This document shows, one piece after another, positions 45,672-55,272 of a stretch of DNA of 64,000 nucleotides. Positions within the stretch are counted from its first letter, which is position 1, and each line of letters begins with the position of its first letter. Origin of the DNA: a virus (taxonomy: Duplodnaviria > Caudoviricetes); IMG/VR virus record IMGVR_UViG_3300044656_000238, positions 1-64,000 of that record. One strand, written 5' to 3'. Under the pieces are notes generated by a model. That model searched no databases and was not told the DNA's origin. It saw nothing but the letters and a program-made list of their open reading frames with translations. Both the position numbers and the translations under genes were made by a program.

Positions 45672-45967
45672 GGGCGGTCCAATGTGGTCGTTGGTATCGG
45701 TCACGGTAGATGCGGTGTGTCCGTGCTGCGACCGGATTCCGGCGGCAGAACGCGATGGTGGATCATGGGAGTTGGCTGGCGTGGGCTTTCGGGGAGCCGC
45801 TGCGGCACGCCAGCCACTCCACTCCTGCGGGCGCGCCGAGGCCGGCTGTTTCATGAAGGGACGAAGCAACCCCGTCACCCGGCTCTCCCGGGGCACCATG
45901 GCCGGCCCGGCCGCTCAACCCGATTTCACTACGAGGAGCTTCCCGCAGGGTAACGCTTTCGTCGTGC

Positions 45968-46633
45968 TCAACTGCATCCCCTCGGATGGATAGTTCGCGG
46001 AACCTGTCGGTATCGGGTCTGTGCTGCGGCCGCAACGTGGCCGACCCTGACTTCGGGCGGCGGCAGTTCCGGCATCTGCGGTGTGAGTACCGTCGTGCCG
46101 CCGTCGTCGGTGTAGGCAAACAAGCCGTCCGCGGTGACCGCGGGCAGGTCCGGCATCTGCTCCTGCTGCTGGGTTGCGCCCGGTGGATCCGGCGGGGAGG
46201 TCCACAGCGCCGAGAAGGCGGAGCACGCTCGCGCGGTGTCCGCGGCTGCGGCGGTGATGCGCTCAAAGCCGTACAGGATCAGGCGGTCGGTGATGTAGTT
46301 CTGCCACACCTGCCAGAGGCTCAGGAGGCTGGAGTCGTCGTCGATCAGCAGAACATCCGGCGATGGTCCTCTGGCCACCACGCGCACCGGCAGGAACTGG
46401 ACCAGCCCCGCAGCTGCCGGGACGTCCGGGAACGCCGGCTCGTTCATGTAGTGGACATCCAGGTCGACCGGCTCCTGGTAGCCGACAAGCGCCTCGCCGC
46501 GGAGCCGTTGCCACTCGAACTGGCACTCGTCGTCGCAGTAGTACTCGGACGGCCCATCCGGCATGAGACGGGCCTGGCACCAGCCGCAGACGGTCGCGGT
46601 TGCCTCGTCGATCAGGGTGATGATGTCGGTCAC
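45968..46633 (-). CDS. Hypothetical protein with an N-terminal Zn finger
   Basis: CGWC...GPSEYYCDDECQ, coupled. Confidence 0.55.
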   Translation of the reverse strand: MTDIITLIDEATATVCGWCQARLMPDGPSEYYCDDECQFEWQRLRGEALVGYQEPVDLDVHYMNEPAFPDVPAAAGLVQFLPVRVVARGPSPDVLLIDDDSSLLSLWQVWQNYITDRLILYGFERITAAAADTARACSAFSALWTSPPDPPGATQQQEQMPDLPAVTADGLFAYTDDGGTTVLTPQMPELPPPEVRVGHVAAAAQTRYRQVPRTIHPRGCS

Positions 46634-47022
46634 GACGGGGGCCTCCTGCGGGCGGAAGCCCGGGTGCGGCCGAGGATCGCCTCCGCGTACTCGACAGCGG
46701 CCTTGCGTGTGCTGTCCGGGACGGTGCCGGTTGTGATGCCCCGCTGCACGTCCTCCAACAACGCGATCAGGAGGCGTGTGTGGTCGGGGTCCACGGACAG
46801 CAGGTAGTTCTGGATGGTTTCCGCGTAGGGGCCGTATGTCTCGATGATCGTGTCTCGGAAGTTCGAGCTGCCCGAGCCGATGAGGTAGCGGCCGTCGTCG
46901 GACGGTTCCGCTGTCCATCCGCTGCGGGCCCGCTGTACCTGGTGGGTGAGGTGCTGGACCGTCTCGGCGAGGAGTTTGCTGTCGGCGCGGCGCTCGTCGG
47001 CGCGCTGCTGGTTGGTGACCAT
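46630..47022 (-). CDS. Hypothetical protein
   Basis: GGGAG RBS. Confidence 0.55.
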   Translation of the reverse strand: MVTNQQRADERRADSKLLAETVQHLTHQVQRARSGWTAEPSDDGRYLIGSGSSNFRDTIIETYGPYAETIQNYLLSVDPDHTRLLIALLEDVQRGITTGTVPDSTRKAAVEYAEAILGRTRASARRRPPS

Positions 47023-47095
47023 GGCGGTGTCTCCCTGGGTTCGAGTGCAGGCCGCCGTCATTGTTCGCACTTGTGTTCGATGATCGCAACGCGGG

Positions 47096-47284
47096 TCATG
47101 GCACGACCACCGTCAGCGCCGCGCCGTCCGGGACCAGGCCCAGCATCTCCAGCAGACGGGCGCAGTCGTACACGCCCTGCGCTTCGCGGGCCACGGTCAT
47201 CCGGGCGCGCCGCTTCTCCTCGGTGCTGTTCGGGCGTGCCCGCAGCTGGTCACCGTCGCGCAACTCCGGAAAGTCCGGCATCAC
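47096..47284 (-). CDS. Small hypothetical protein
   Basis: DCARLLEMLGL, coupled. Confidence 0.55.
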   Translation of the reverse strand: MMPDFPELRDGDQLRARPNSTEEKRRARMTVAREAQGVYDCARLLEMLGLVPDGAALTVVVP

Positions 47285-47739
47285 TCCCCGCCTTTCTTGA
47301 TCGGTTGGGTGAACAGTTCGGTGAAGTCCTCAAGTAGTGCCTGCACCAGGACCGCCTCGGGCTCGGTGAGGCCGTACTCCCCGCGCACCACCTCCACCGG
47401 TTCGCCCGCGCGAAGTAAGCCGGCAGCGGCCCAGACCGGCGTCATGCCGCGGCTGATCGACACCCGCCCGTGATTACGTCCCGGGTCGACCGTCACGAGC
47501 ACATGACAGCCCGAGCCGGCGCCGACAACACGCCTGCGTTCAGCGAGCTCGTCAACCAACACCGCCAGATACTGGGCCAGCTCGTGGCGCTCCCCGCCGG
47601 ACAGGTACAGGTTCCGCATGCCGCCCTGGATCAGGTCCACGGTGTTCGGGCCGAGACGGAGCCGGAACGAGCGCAGGTGCTCGCCGAGCGTGTGCACCAG
47701 CTCTTCATCCGGACCAGCGCCCGGTGGTGTGGGGTTCAC
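47281..47739 (-). CDS. Hypothetical protein
   Basis: Coupled GTGA junctions. Confidence 0.55.
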   Translation of the reverse strand: MNPTPPGAGPDEELVHTLGEHLRSFRLRLGPNTVDLIQGGMRNLYLSGGERHELAQYLAVLVDELAERRRVVGAGSGCHVLVTVDPGRNHGRVSISRGMTPVWAAAGLLRAGEPVEVVRGEYGLTEPEAVLVQALLEDFTELFTQPIKKGGE

Positions 47740-47933
47740 AGCGGCTCCCCGAAATCCGCTGGCGTGAGCGTGGTGTCCAGGACCACGACGCCGCCGTCTG
47801 GCCACAACGCCGGCCCGGCACCGTACGCGGCCGGGTGCAGCACACGCAGGTGATCGAGCAACTCGTAGGTGGGGACCGGCTCCTCGCACAGCGCACACCA
47901 CCCGGTGCCCGGATGCGGTTCACAGATGCTCAC
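47736..47933 (-). CDS. Small C2H2-like Zn-finger protein
   Basis: CALC.......LLDHLRVLH motif. Confidence 0.6.
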   Translation of the reverse strand: MSICEPHPGTGWCALCEEPVPTYELLDHLRVLHPAAYGAGPALWPDGGVVVLDTTLTPADFGEPL

Positions 47934-48190
47934 AGCGGGTTCCCCGTTTCGCAGAAGCGGCCGGCTTCGATGGTGGCGATGGCGTACTCCGGCACGCAGT
48001 CGCCCTTCTCCTGGTGCTCGCGCAGGTGAGCCACGGCGTCCTCGGTTGTGCGCGCGAAGTGGCAGTCATCGCCGAGGGTGCAGCCGCAGCACTCGATGAG
48101 GCGTTGCTTCGCCCCGGTGGCGCGGTCCTCGCGTTCGGTGGGGAAGACGTACACGTCGGAGTCGTCTGCTCCGAATCTCGCGTAGCTCAT
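47930..48190 (-). CDS. Small hypothetical protein
   Basis: MSYARF...SDVYV...ECCGC...HLREH...G..VP motif. Confidence 0.65.
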   Translation of the reverse strand: MSYARFGADDSDVYVFPTEREDRATGAKQRLIECCGCTLGDDCHFARTTEDAVAHLREHQEKGDCVPEYAIATIEAGRFCETGNPL

Positions 48191-48495
48191 GCTGGCGGCC
48201 TCCACTCCTGGGTTTGCCCTGACTTGTTCCATCCGGCGGGTTCCGTGTCATCGGAGCCGTCCCAGGCGAGCGCGGCCGCCACCGCAGCGAGCAGGACCGT
48301 GGGGGTCTTGCCGGCGTAGCACCAGTACCGGTCGTAGATGCCGGGGATGTCCCGGCGGGTGGTGACGAGCCGGTAGTTGTAGAACATGACCATCACGTCG
48401 AGGTGGTAGCGCTCCGTCGACTTCACCCGCCAACCGATCAACCGCCCGGTGTCGTCAAGGAGCTGCTCCAGCTCGTCCGCTGTCGGGGCCGTCAT
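48187..48495 (-). CDS. Hypothetical protein
   Basis: YDRYWCY...W....EPAGWNK, coupled. Confidence 0.6.
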   Translation of the reverse strand: MTAPTADELEQLLDDTGRLIGWRVKSTERYHLDVMVMFYNYRLVTTRRDIPGIYDRYWCYAGKTPTVLLAAVAAALAWDGSDDTEPAGWNKSGQTQEWRPPA

Positions 48496-48995
48496 GCCGA
48501 TCGCTCCTTCGCCACTGCGAGGGCCCGGCGGCGTGCGTCCCAGCCGGCGCACAGCTCCGCCGGCGAGCCGTCCGCCCGATACGGGACGCCGGCGATGATC
48601 GGCGGCTCGTACCCGCCATCGTGACCCGGAATCTCCAATCCGGACGGATGCCGCCACGCGACCGGCTTGCGGACGCCCTGGTGGCACCAGAACCGCTCTC
48701 CCCGCATCGCCAGCCCTTCCAGCGTGCCCGCGTCGCCGACGCACGTCCCATCTCCGGACTTCTCGGGGCTGCCCGGCCGGTACGCGCAGTCCGGGCACAT
48801 GCGGTCGCGGGTGTTCGGGGCGACACCGGCCGCGAGCGCCTGGACGGCCTCCTGGTCGACCTCGGCCTGCTCCAAGTCGTACTCGGCGACCCAGCAGGTG
48901 CAGCGGTCCGGGCCGTACAAAGCGGCACCCGCGCAGCACGTGCCGTCGCCGACCTCGGGAAAGTCTGGTCCTGCGGTGTGCAACGGCAGGCTCAT
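48492..48995 (-). CDS. Cys-rich hypothetical protein
   Basis: MCPDCAYRPGSPE...FWCHQG...CAGW motif. Confidence 0.65.
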   Translation of the reverse strand: MSLPLHTAGPDFPEVGDGTCCAGAALYGPDRCTCWVAEYDLEQAEVDQEAVQALAAGVAPNTRDRMCPDCAYRPGSPEKSGDGTCVGDAGTLEGLAMRGERFWCHQGVRKPVAWRHPSGLEIPGHDGGYEPPIIAGVPYRADGSPAELCAGWDARRRALAVAKERSA

Positions 48996-49216
48996 CGCTT
49001 CCTCCTTCGCTGGGCGACGCGACGGGCCTCGCGCGCGGTAGTACTGCCGGAACACCCAGGGCAGTAGTCCTTGCCGTTCGGGTGGGTCCGCCAGCCCGCG
49101 TCGCCCGCGATCTCCCGGGCGGTCTCCACATCCGTCGCCTCGAACTGCTGCGACTTCGGGCACATGCTGTACGCGTCGAACGTCCGGTAGCAGTGCAAGA
49201 TGATGCGGGCCGTCAT
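48992..49216 (-). CDS. Small Zn-binding protein
   Basis: AGW......DYCPGC, coupled. Confidence 0.55.
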   Translation of the reverse strand: MTARIILHCYRTFDAYSMCPKSQQFEATDVETAREIAGDAGWRTHPNGKDYCPGCSGSTTAREARRVAQRRRKR

Positions 49217-49494
49217 CGGCGTGCCTTCCGCGGCTTGCCCGACTGCCGCCGGTCCGAGAACAGCCGCTGCGTCGGCAACGGCGGCAACTCGCGGGCGTGC
49301 CCGCACAGCTGATACACCCGATGTCCCGGATGGACCGTCATCCTCTGCGTCCGCTTACAGTCCGGGCACTCCATGCTCGCGACGGTGTTCAGGATTTCGC
49401 CGTACTTCGCGTGCAGGGCGTCCTCCCGCTCACGGCTCTTCTGCTGGGCGGTGTCGACGATTTCTGACGGGCTGTCGGCGGCATGCTCAGCCAC
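49213..49494 (-). CDS. Small hypothetical protein
   Basis: GGAGG RBS. ECPDC...LCGH motif. Confidence 0.5.
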   Translation of the reverse strand: MAEHAADSPSEIVDTAQQKSREREDALHAKYGEILNTVASMECPDCKRTQRMTVHPGHRVYQLCGHARELPPLPTQRLFSDRRQSGKPRKARR

Positions 49495-49699
49495 CAGGTG
49501 TCGCCTCCTCCGGGAGAAGCCGGTAGTGCTTGCGCAGCACCGCCGGCCGCGTGCGGGACGGCCGCCCGGTGTTCTCGTTCCGGATCGGCACGAAACCGCC
49601 CTCGTCGCCGTTCCACTCCGGCTGTACGACCACGTTGCGGTCCTCACGCTCGTCCCGATAGCGCCAGCGCTGGCCAGCCACGATCGCGATCTCAGGCAC
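49487..49699 (-). CDS. Small hypothetical protein
   Basis: GQRWRYRD motif, GGAGG RBS. Confidence 0.55.
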   Translation of the reverse strand: MPEIAIVAGQRWRYRDEREDRNVVVQPEWNGDEGGFVPIRNENTGRPSRTRPAVLRKHYRLLPEEATPGG

Positions 49700-50318
49700 T
49701 GCCGCCTCCTTGAACCTGCGCGACGGCCGCCCGGAGGCGGTCGATCGCGACGCCCCGCTCGCCGCCGCGGATCAGCACGCTGAAGACGAACGGCTCCTCC
49801 GGCCGCCGGAGGAGTCCGGCCGGCCCGGTCATGGTGGTGACCGAGCCGCCGCGCACGAGCCACTCGACCGCCGGCTCGTCCGCCTCGCCTTCGTCCGGGA
49901 CGAGTTGGGCACGCAGATCGAGGAACGGCCACGCGGCGGCTATCGTCAACCAGTCCTCGGTCACGGCCTCGACGGACGGCCACTTGCCGATGTTGTAGTT
50001 CGCGCAGCCGATCGTGCCGTCCCAGTCACACCAGCCGTACGGTCCGCCGATCCACGACGAGGCGATCCGCCAGTTCTCCAGGTAGTGCAGGTCGAGACAC
50101 CGCAGCGACTCGCGCGCTGCCTTGAGCGAATCGTGGCTCGGCATCCCATACTTCGGCTCCCGGCCGACGCCAAGAACCTCGCACACCTGCCGCTCCCAGT
50201 CCTTGTCGTTTGTGAACAGCGAGTACGGCATGGTGCGGATCAGGATCTCGTTCGCCTGCTCTTCCGTGACCGGCTCGCCGACCACCAAGAGGCGGGGCCA
50301 CTTCGTCAGCTCATCCAC
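49692..50318 (-). CDS. Hypothetical phage protein
   Basis: KWP...G.PVTEEQA.EILIRT...SSWIGGPYGW...NIGKWPS motif. Confidence 0.7.
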   Translation of the reverse strand: MDELTKWPRLLVVGEPVTEEQANEILIRTMPYSLFTNDKDWERQVCEVLGVGREPKYGMPSHDSLKAARESLRCLDLHYLENWRIASSWIGGPYGWCDWDGTIGCANYNIGKWPSVEAVTEDWLTIAAAWPFLDLRAQLVPDEGEADEPAVEWLVRGGSVTTMTGPAGLLRRPEEPFVFSVLIRGGERGVAIDRLRAAVAQVQGGGSA

Positions 50319-50904
50319 GAAGCCGGGCCTCCTCACACACCCGCCACAGCTCCACGTTCCAGCGGGCGTCGGCGAGCGCGTCATGCTGGCCGGACTCCTG
50401 CACCGGTGTCGGCGGGCGGCCGACGTCCTCCCACCGCTGCACCAGCTCGTGCGTCACCTGGGGCAGCCCCGGCGGCAGGTTCACCATCGACCCGAACAGC
50501 TGCGCGTACGCGACGTGATCGTAGGAGCCGTAGTACGCCCACAGCTCGGGCTCGCACTCCTCCGGCGCTAGGAACGCCAACAGTTCGCGGGCGATCTCGG
50601 CGTGCGCCCGAACCCGCGGGAAGTCCGGGTGGGTCTTGTCCCACTCCCACTGCCGTGACGGCGGCGAGATCAGCCTCTCGGCGGTCTCCGGCGACTTCAG
50701 CTTCACTGGCAGGAACGGCATCACGTTGTCGCGCAACCATTCCCGCTGGGCGGCGAGGTGCATTACGCCGGGTTGCGAGTTGACGGCGTAGAACTCGCGG
50801 CCGTCCTCGCACACAACGCCGATCGACAACAGCTTGATGGTGACGCCGTCCTCGACGAACTCGCAGTCGTACCAGTAGCGCCTGCGCGGCAGCTTCTCGG
50901 TCAT
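50311..50904 (-). CDS. 3'-5' exoribonuclease (RNase AS / DUF5051-like, DEDDh)
   Basis: YDCEFVEDG, SIGVVCEDGREFYAV, YDHV and HDALADARW motifs. Confidence 0.85.
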   Translation of the reverse strand: MTEKLPRRRYWYDCEFVEDGVTIKLLSIGVVCEDGREFYAVNSQPGVMHLAAQREWLRDNVMPFLPVKLKSPETAERLISPPSRQWEWDKTHPDFPRVRAHAEIARELLAFLAPEECEPELWAYYGSYDHVAYAQLFGSMVNLPPGLPQVTHELVQRWEDVGRPPTPVQESGQHDALADARWNVELWRVCEEARLRG

Positions 50905-51845
50905 GATCCAGTTCCTTCCTGAACGCGGATGCCGAGGCGATACAGGACCTCGTCGACCAGAGCCCCGTAGGGCTCCCGGTCCACTCCCTCGGTCACGTGA
51001 TGCAGCACGAACCGGGGTTCGCCGGCGACCTCGTTGTTCCACATGAACAGGGCGTGTGCGGCGTCACGCACCTGGGCACGCGTGACGGACGGGCGGAGCC
51101 AAGACACCGCGTCGGTCTTCTTGGCCTTGAACCTGGCTTCTACTGCCGCCAGTTCCTCCGGTGTGAGCCGCACGTCCTGGATCGCCGGGTTGAGGCCACC
51201 TGGCTGCTGAAGCGCTGTAACCACAAGCCGCGCCACGGCCTCGGGCGTCTCCCAGTGATCGATCCGACCTTCCCAGTAGCCGACTCTGTCCGTGAAAACT
51301 GGGATCGTGTCGTCGTCAGGGTCGACAACACCCGCGTCGCGGAGCGCCGCAACGACCGTGGCGATGGCATTGCCCTCCGGTACTGGACTGGTCGGTTCGC
51401 AGCCGGGGCCTAGTAACCCTGCGCTAGCTAAGGCCTCAGCTGTTCGGTCGCCAAAGAATTCCCTGTCTGCGACGCTGCTGTTCGTGGTCCAGTCCCCGTC
51501 CAGCTGTTCCTGGATCAGCCGCGCTGCCGCGTCTCGTGAGGACTTGTCCGCCGGTCGAACCGACATGTCGGCGAGTGCCAGCACCTCGCGTGCGAACCCC
51601 TCCGCCTTGTCCAGCGTGGAGATCGTGACGCAGAAGTCGACCTCGACATCCTCCTCGCCGGAGATCTCCTCAGCGACTGTGGACAACAGGTGCCCGGTCG
51701 ACTCGGAAACCCCGGGCACCGCCTCGTGGCAGGCCGCCTCAGCGGTCAGCCACGCCGATGCCGCCTCACCCAGTTGGCCCGGCAGCACATGCGGGGCCAG
51801 CTCTGCTGCCCTGCGCAGCAGATCCACAGGAGACTCAGCGCTCAC
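50901..51845 (-). CDS. Mosaic hypothetical protein
   Basis: Coupled to both neighbours. Confidence 0.55.
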   Translation of the reverse strand: MSAESPVDLLRRAAELAPHVLPGQLGEAASAWLTAEAACHEAVPGVSESTGHLLSTVAEEISGEEDVEVDFCVTISTLDKAEGFAREVLALADMSVRPADKSSRDAAARLIQEQLDGDWTTNSSVADREFFGDRTAEALASAGLLGPGCEPTSPVPEGNAIATVVAALRDAGVVDPDDDTIPVFTDRVGYWEGRIDHWETPEAVARLVVTALQQPGGLNPAIQDVRLTPEELAAVEARFKAKKTDAVSWLRPSVTRAQVRDAAHALFMWNNEVAGEPRFVLHHVTEGVDREPYGALVDEVLYRLGIRVQEGTGS

Positions 51846-52899
51846 CGGGCACCTCCGTGGTGCTTTCGCAAGAGAAGACTGGTCGGTGGCGATCGCACAT
51901 CCACGAGGTGTCGTCGCTGAACGGATTCTCGGGATGGCCGCAATCGCGACACATCAACTCGCCAATGCCGTCGTCCAACGCGGGCGTCGAGGCGTGAACA
52001 CCGGAGACCGGCGCCGACCATCGAGCCAGGAGCGCGCGAGCAGCAGCAAGCGGGTCGAACTCCAGCGGTTGCGCGTTGCAGGCCTCAACGAGAACGCGAT
52101 TCAACTGCTTCTCGGCGTCGACAGGGATGGTCGGGCGAGACGCCAACTGCTCCTCCAACTCCAAGATCCTGCGACACCAGTCCCCCTGCTGCTGCTTCAC
52201 TCGCTCGCGGTAGCGAACCCATCCGTCGTTGATCTCGTGGGACTGCTCCAGCTTGGCCAGTGCCTCATCCCGTTCGCGGCGGAGTCCCGTGACTGCCGCG
52301 ATCAGCTTCTCAAGGTTGTTGATGCTGCCGCAGCGTGGCTTCTTTGTTGCCTCGGCGACCGCCGTAAACAGGCGGTCATACAGCGGCAGGACTCGTTCGG
52401 CAACGTGCTCGACTCGGTCGGCTTCGATTGCCCACGCCAGTCGGGATTCCCGCTCACGCTCCAGCTCTGCTGCCTGGCGCTCCACGATCGGCAGGACGCC
52501 CTTCATCGCAGCGCGTACGATCTCCCAAACCTGCCTCGACCCTGCGGCACCAGACGCCAGGTCTTCGGCGCAATAGGCCCGCCATGACGGGTAACCGAGG
52601 CTGCTGGCGAACGCTGCCAGCGCCGCAGCGCGGAGTTCGTTCCATACCTGCCGGTCGGCCAGATCAACGTCGGTGGGTGCGTGCTCCAGTGCCGGGTCGA
52701 ACCCAGGGAGGTAGCCCATCAGTTTCGCGCCGTCCCGGAGTTCAGACGTCCACTCGATGCCGCCGTCCGGGTGCAGGATCAGCCACGGCCCGTGCTCCGG
52801 GGTGTCGTGGCACGGGTGGGCGTCGGGCCAGCACAGGGCCATCGCGCCGCCCACGTCGTACACAGCACCCAACGGTGGCAGTTCGGTCGTGTCAGCCAT
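51835..52899 (-). CDS. Mosaic coiled-coil hypothetical protein
   Basis: ATG 52899 overlaps the upstream gene. Confidence 0.55.
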   Translation of the reverse strand: MADTTELPPLGAVYDVGGAMALCWPDAHPCHDTPEHGPWLILHPDGGIEWTSELRDGAKLMGYLPGFDPALEHAPTDVDLADRQVWNELRAAALAAFASSLGYPSWRAYCAEDLASGAAGSRQVWEIVRAAMKGVLPIVERQAAELERERESRLAWAIEADRVEHVAERVLPLYDRLFTAVAEATKKPRCGSINNLEKLIAAVTGLRRERDEALAKLEQSHEINDGWVRYRERVKQQQGDWCRRILELEEQLASRPTIPVDAEKQLNRVLVEACNAQPLEFDPLAAARALLARWSAPVSGVHASTPALDDGIGELMCRDCGHPENPFSDDTSWMCDRHRPVFSCESTTEVPGER

Positions 52900-53080
52900 G
52901 GTGACCGCCCGTCTTGAGTTGCTGTTCGAGGTCGTCGATGGCGTGCAGCACGTCCCGGCACCAGTCGGGGGTGGCCTGGTCGTCGAAGCGCGTGGACCTG
53001 TAGCCGGCGACCAGGGCACCGTGGACGCGGCCGGCGGTGGCGGGGGTCATGCGTAGGTTGATCTCGCCTGTAGCGGTCAC
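52892..53080 (-). CDS. Small hypothetical protein
   Basis: Coupled. Confidence 0.5.
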   Translation of the reverse strand: MTATGEINLRMTPATAGRVHGALVAGYRSTRFDDQATPDWCRDVLHAIDDLEQQLKTGGHHG

Positions 53081-53185
53081 GTGCCGTTCACCTCGTTCAG
53101 TTGGGCGGCGAGGAACTCGGCGACCCGCTCGGTGACGTTGTCGTCGTGTTTGTCGTAGATCGGGTCCAGCTCGATGCGTGTCTGG

Positions 53186-53596
53186 TCAGGCATTGCCGTG
53201 TTCTCCCAGCGCTCGGGCGACAGCTGCCCGGTACCGCTTGAGTCGGGCCACGGTGGCGTTGTCCCAGCCATGTCGCTCCGCAAGGTCGGCCAGCACGCCG
53301 TGTTCGGGTGTGCCGCAGGTGTCGCAGTGGTCGGTGGGGGCGTGGTCTTCGCATTCCCAGCCGAGGAGGACCCCGAACGTCCAGGCGTCTCGGTGGTTGG
53401 CTGCGAAATCGCGGGAGTCGCCGCTGAGCGTGTTGCCGAGGCTGAAGAGCGCTTCGCGGAGATCGGCCGGAATTCCGTCCGGGTTGCTGCGCTCAGCGAC
53501 GATGTCGGCCAGCGACCGCTTGGTCGCAGGCCCGCTTGATGCCGTGAACGGCTCGTCTGCGCGGGCGGTGATGTAGCCAGTCAAGGTGTCCTCCAT
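53186..53596 (-). CDS. Hypothetical protein
   Basis: SRDF.....DAW..G...GW motif. Confidence 0.6.
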   Translation of the reverse strand: MEDTLTGYITARADEPFTASSGPATKRSLADIVAERSNPDGIPADLREALFSLGNTLSGDSRDFAANHRDAWTFGVLLGWECEDHAPTDHCDTCGTPEHGVLADLAERHGWDNATVARLKRYRAAVARALGEHGNA

Positions 53597-53861
53597 GGCC
53601 GGTCAGTGGAGCCTCGCGGCCCACGCCATACCGGATGTGATCAGCACTGCGGTAGAGCAGGCTGCGGCGGTGACACGGGCGTGGGTGGCGTGAGCGGCGA
53701 GACGGCGGAGCAAGTTGTGCACGATCGGCTTTCTGATCAGGTGGTGACGGCGGCGAGGAGTGCGAGGGTGAGGAGCATCAGCCACGGCAGGAGCGTGCTG
53801 GCGTCGTCGACGAACTGGGCGACGTCCGGCCCGACCGGAACGGCCCGATGCGCGGCCACTG

Positions 53862-54356
53862 CTACTGGCCTGCGGACGAGCACTGGGCCGGGTCAAGCTT
53901 CAACGGCAGCCCAGCGTCCTTGAAGTCTTCCGTCAGGTACGAGCTCGACCGGGTGTTGTAGTCCGCCGCGGTGTTCTGGCAGGTCTGGGTCAGCCCGGTC
54001 AGCGTGGTACGCAGGTCATGGTCGTACTCGGCGTTCGGGTCGTACGGGGTGCCGTTGCTGGTCGGATGCGCAGCGTCGTAGTCCTTCACCTGCTTGGCGG
54101 CATCACGGATCTTGACCAGGTCGGTGTTGAACTCCTCGTTGTCCCGGATGAACCCTGCCTGTGCGGAGATGAAGTTGTCCGACGAGTTCTTGTGGATGAC
54201 GGAGTCGCCCTGGCCCTTGATGCCCGACACCACGACGGTGACGCCCCACACGATCGCGGCGGTCACGAGTATCGCGGCGATGAGCACGGCCCACAGGCGG
54301 AGGGTGGTGCGCACCGGCCGCTTGTCGAACCCCTTCTCCCAGCTGTTGCGGCCCAT
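53862..54356 (-). CDS. Single-TM membrane protein with a coiled-coil ectodomain
   Basis: Hydrophobic N-terminal helix, C...A.DYN motif. Coupled to the lipoprotein gene. Confidence 0.7.
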   Translation of the reverse strand: MGRNSWEKGFDKRPVRTTLRLWAVLIAAILVTAAIVWGVTVVVSGIKGQGDSVIHKNSSDNFISAQAGFIRDNEEFNTDLVKIRDAAKQVKDYDAAHPTSNGTPYDPNAEYDHDLRTTLTGLTQTCQNTAADYNTRSSSYLTEDFKDAGLPLKLDPAQCSSAGQ

Positions 54357-54976
54357 CAGTTGCCACCGACCTTCACGCCGCCCGCGTTCACGCTCGGCTT
54401 CGCGCCGGCGTCGTAGGTGATGATCGGTTTCGTGGTCAGGTTCAGTGGCGCGTCCGATTCGACCCACCACACGCCGGACGGGATTTGGATTTCCACGCCG
54501 GACGTGGTGAAGAACGCCGCCGAGCCGGCCTCCGGCCCCCAGGTGCCGTTGTCCCCGGCCGAGTCCGTGACGGCGCCGCACCCGTTGCCGCCGGAGTTGC
54601 AGCCGTTCACGATCTGCGACGTCGTCATCTGCGAGTTCGGATCGAACACCATGCCCTGCACCGGATACTGCGCGATGACCTGGCCCTGCTGGGTCATCAG
54701 CACGATGTAGCGCAGGGCCTGCTTGTTGTTCTGCCGTTCCAGGTGTTCCTTGAGCATGCGGCGCTCAGTCCAGCCGCCGGCTTGCATGTCGTTAAGCGGG
54801 TAGGGCACCGAGGATGTGGCCGAGTTGGTGTAGTTGTTCGACAGGGACTGGGACGCGGCCTGGGAGTCCGAGTGCGAGTCGCAACTGCTCGCTGAGGTGG
54901 CCAGCAGGACACCGATCGCGCTGAGCGCGGTGAACGCGGTTCTGGTTCGGGGCTTCACATGGTCCTCCATGGACAA
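54356..54976 (-). CDS. Predicted lipoprotein
   Basis: Basic N-terminus, hydrophobic core, SASSC lipobox-like Cys. DNGTWG...FFT motif. Confidence 0.7.
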   Translation of the reverse strand: MSMEDHVKPRTRTAFTALSAIGVLLATSASSCDSHSDSQAASQSLSNNYTNSATSSVPYPLNDMQAGGWTERRMLKEHLERQNNKQALRYIVLMTQQGQVIAQYPVQGMVFDPNSQMTTSQIVNGCNSGGNGCGAVTDSAGDNGTWGPEAGSAAFFTTSGVEIQIPSGVWWVESDAPLNLTTKPIITYDAGAKPSVNAGGVKVGGN

Positions 54977-54987
54977 AAAAAGGGGGC

Positions 54988-55272
54988 TCAGTAGGCGGGA
55001 TTGACGTTGGTGGGGATCGGATTGGTCGGTGCCTGCTGAGGTACCGAGCTGGCCACGGCGAGGGCGACAACCAGGAGCATCACGACCGTGACCGCCAGGA
55101 TCACCCCGGTAGCCGCGAGCACGACGCCCCTTGCTGGCTCAGCTGATCGAGGCACCCGGAGCGGGACTGGTTGCGCCTCCGGGGCCTCGTAGAGCTCGAT
55201 AAGAGGCGTCTGGTCGGGGAACTGCTCGGCCGCGATGATCTCGACGAACGCGGATTCGATCTCGTCGCTCAC
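54988..55272 (-). CDS. Membrane protein
   Basis: One long TM segment, coupled. Confidence 0.55.
   Translation of the reverse strand: MSDEIESAFVEIIAAEQFPDQTPLIELYEAPEAQPVPLRVPRSAEPARGVVLAATGVILAVTVVMLLVVALAVASSVPQQAPTNPIPTNVNPAY

Noticed and set aside
45885-45910. GGCCGGCCATGGTGCCC resembles the 5' end of the HDV ribozyme
   Set aside because: I could not build the nested double pseudoknot. It is probably a chance match in GC-rich DNA.
47030-47060. GGTTCGAG T-loop-like motifs (also near 22386)
   Set aside because: No cloverleaf can be formed around them, so they are not tRNAs.
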